Positions 63,611 to 64,000 of a stretch of 64,000 nt of DNA are shown here, one piece after another. The number at the start of each line of letters is the position of its first letter. Positions within the stretch are counted from its first letter, which is position 1. Origin of the DNA: Trichosphaerium sp. ATCC 40318 (Eukaryota > Protista > Tubulinea). Under the pieces are notes generated by a model. The model searched no databases and was not told the origin of the DNA. It worked only from the letters and a program-made list of their open reading frames with translations. A program made the position numbers and the translations under genes. The stretch spans positions 496,001 to 560,000 of the forward strand of contig JALMLS010000578.1 of NCBI GenBank assembly GCA_038496445.1, in the 5' to 3' direction.

Positions 63611-63950
63611 TGTTTTGCTCCTGAGGGTTGTGATAACTGGCAGATTTAAAGGTGATTAATTGTTTTCTCATTTTTTTTTCATTTAATTTTACTACAAAAG
63701 ACTAATTTTAGTATAGTTGTAGTAATAGCCACGTGTTGTCCCGAAAATCACGCGTGACTATAATGTCCAACAGATGTACGTAATTAAGGTAGTTATAATG
63801 TGATCATAGCGCTATAAGATATCCAAGCTGACAGTGTAAAAGTCTGTTGTACGAAGCACTCAAAGCTGGGCCATAAAATTGCAGGTCAAAGCCTTACGGC
63901 TCGTGAGGTGTAAAGTTATTTATTACGTTTATTCAAGTTACAAGCTATAT

Positions 63951-64000
63951 GTTCACCCAGGCCGCAAGGCCGCAAGTTCACATGGGCCGCAAGGGCCGCA
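63951..64000. repeat. GC-rich GGCCGCAAG short repeat cluster at the window edge
   Basis: gttcac-N-ggccgcaag(g)gccgca occurs twice (four GGCCGCA units) and is truncated by the window end. Confidence 0.6.

Noticed and set aside
1-64000. Alternative genetic code or stop-codon readthrough
   Set aside because: In-frame stops in the conserved genes I traced fall within introns, and TAA, TAG and TGA all terminate genes.
1-64000. Prokaryotic origin, CRISPR array, tRNA/rRNA genes, intact transposase
   Set aside because: The bacterial-like genes carry spliceosomal introns. No repeat-spacer array, cloverleaf, rRNA, or transposase/reverse-transcriptase motif was seen.

Overview
AT-rich (roughly 35% GC by eye) eukaryotic genomic DNA, most likely from a free-living protist. 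It has compact genes with many short spliceosomal introns and uses the standard genetic code. The ORF track is fragmented because it shows exons, so I re-spliced the genes by hand. The window holds about 25 genes: indoleamine 2,3-dioxygenase; a secreted bacterial-type beta-helix protein; a duplicated small membrane protein; an RCC1+SAM protein; a very large AbpF/planctomycete-like protein; a GntP-family permease head-to-head with a GH3 glycosidase; two tandem GSTs; four F-box proteins (one fused to HRDC); a chromo-shadow-like protein; a Glk-type glucokinase; tandem ABCG half-transporters; and a PX-C2-arrestin. Most notable: (1) a ROK-family sugar kinase fused within one exon to a BET-like bromodomain; (2) a probable CBM48 glycogen-binding + long Pro/Glu spacer + coactosin-like ADF-H protein; (3) about 10-fold over-representation of the palindrome CACGTG in exons, introns and intergenic DNA, reminiscent of cyanobacterial HIP1; (4) a U12-type intron and several GC-AG introns. 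Family assignments rest on motif recognition from memory; no database search was run, so novelty is unverified.
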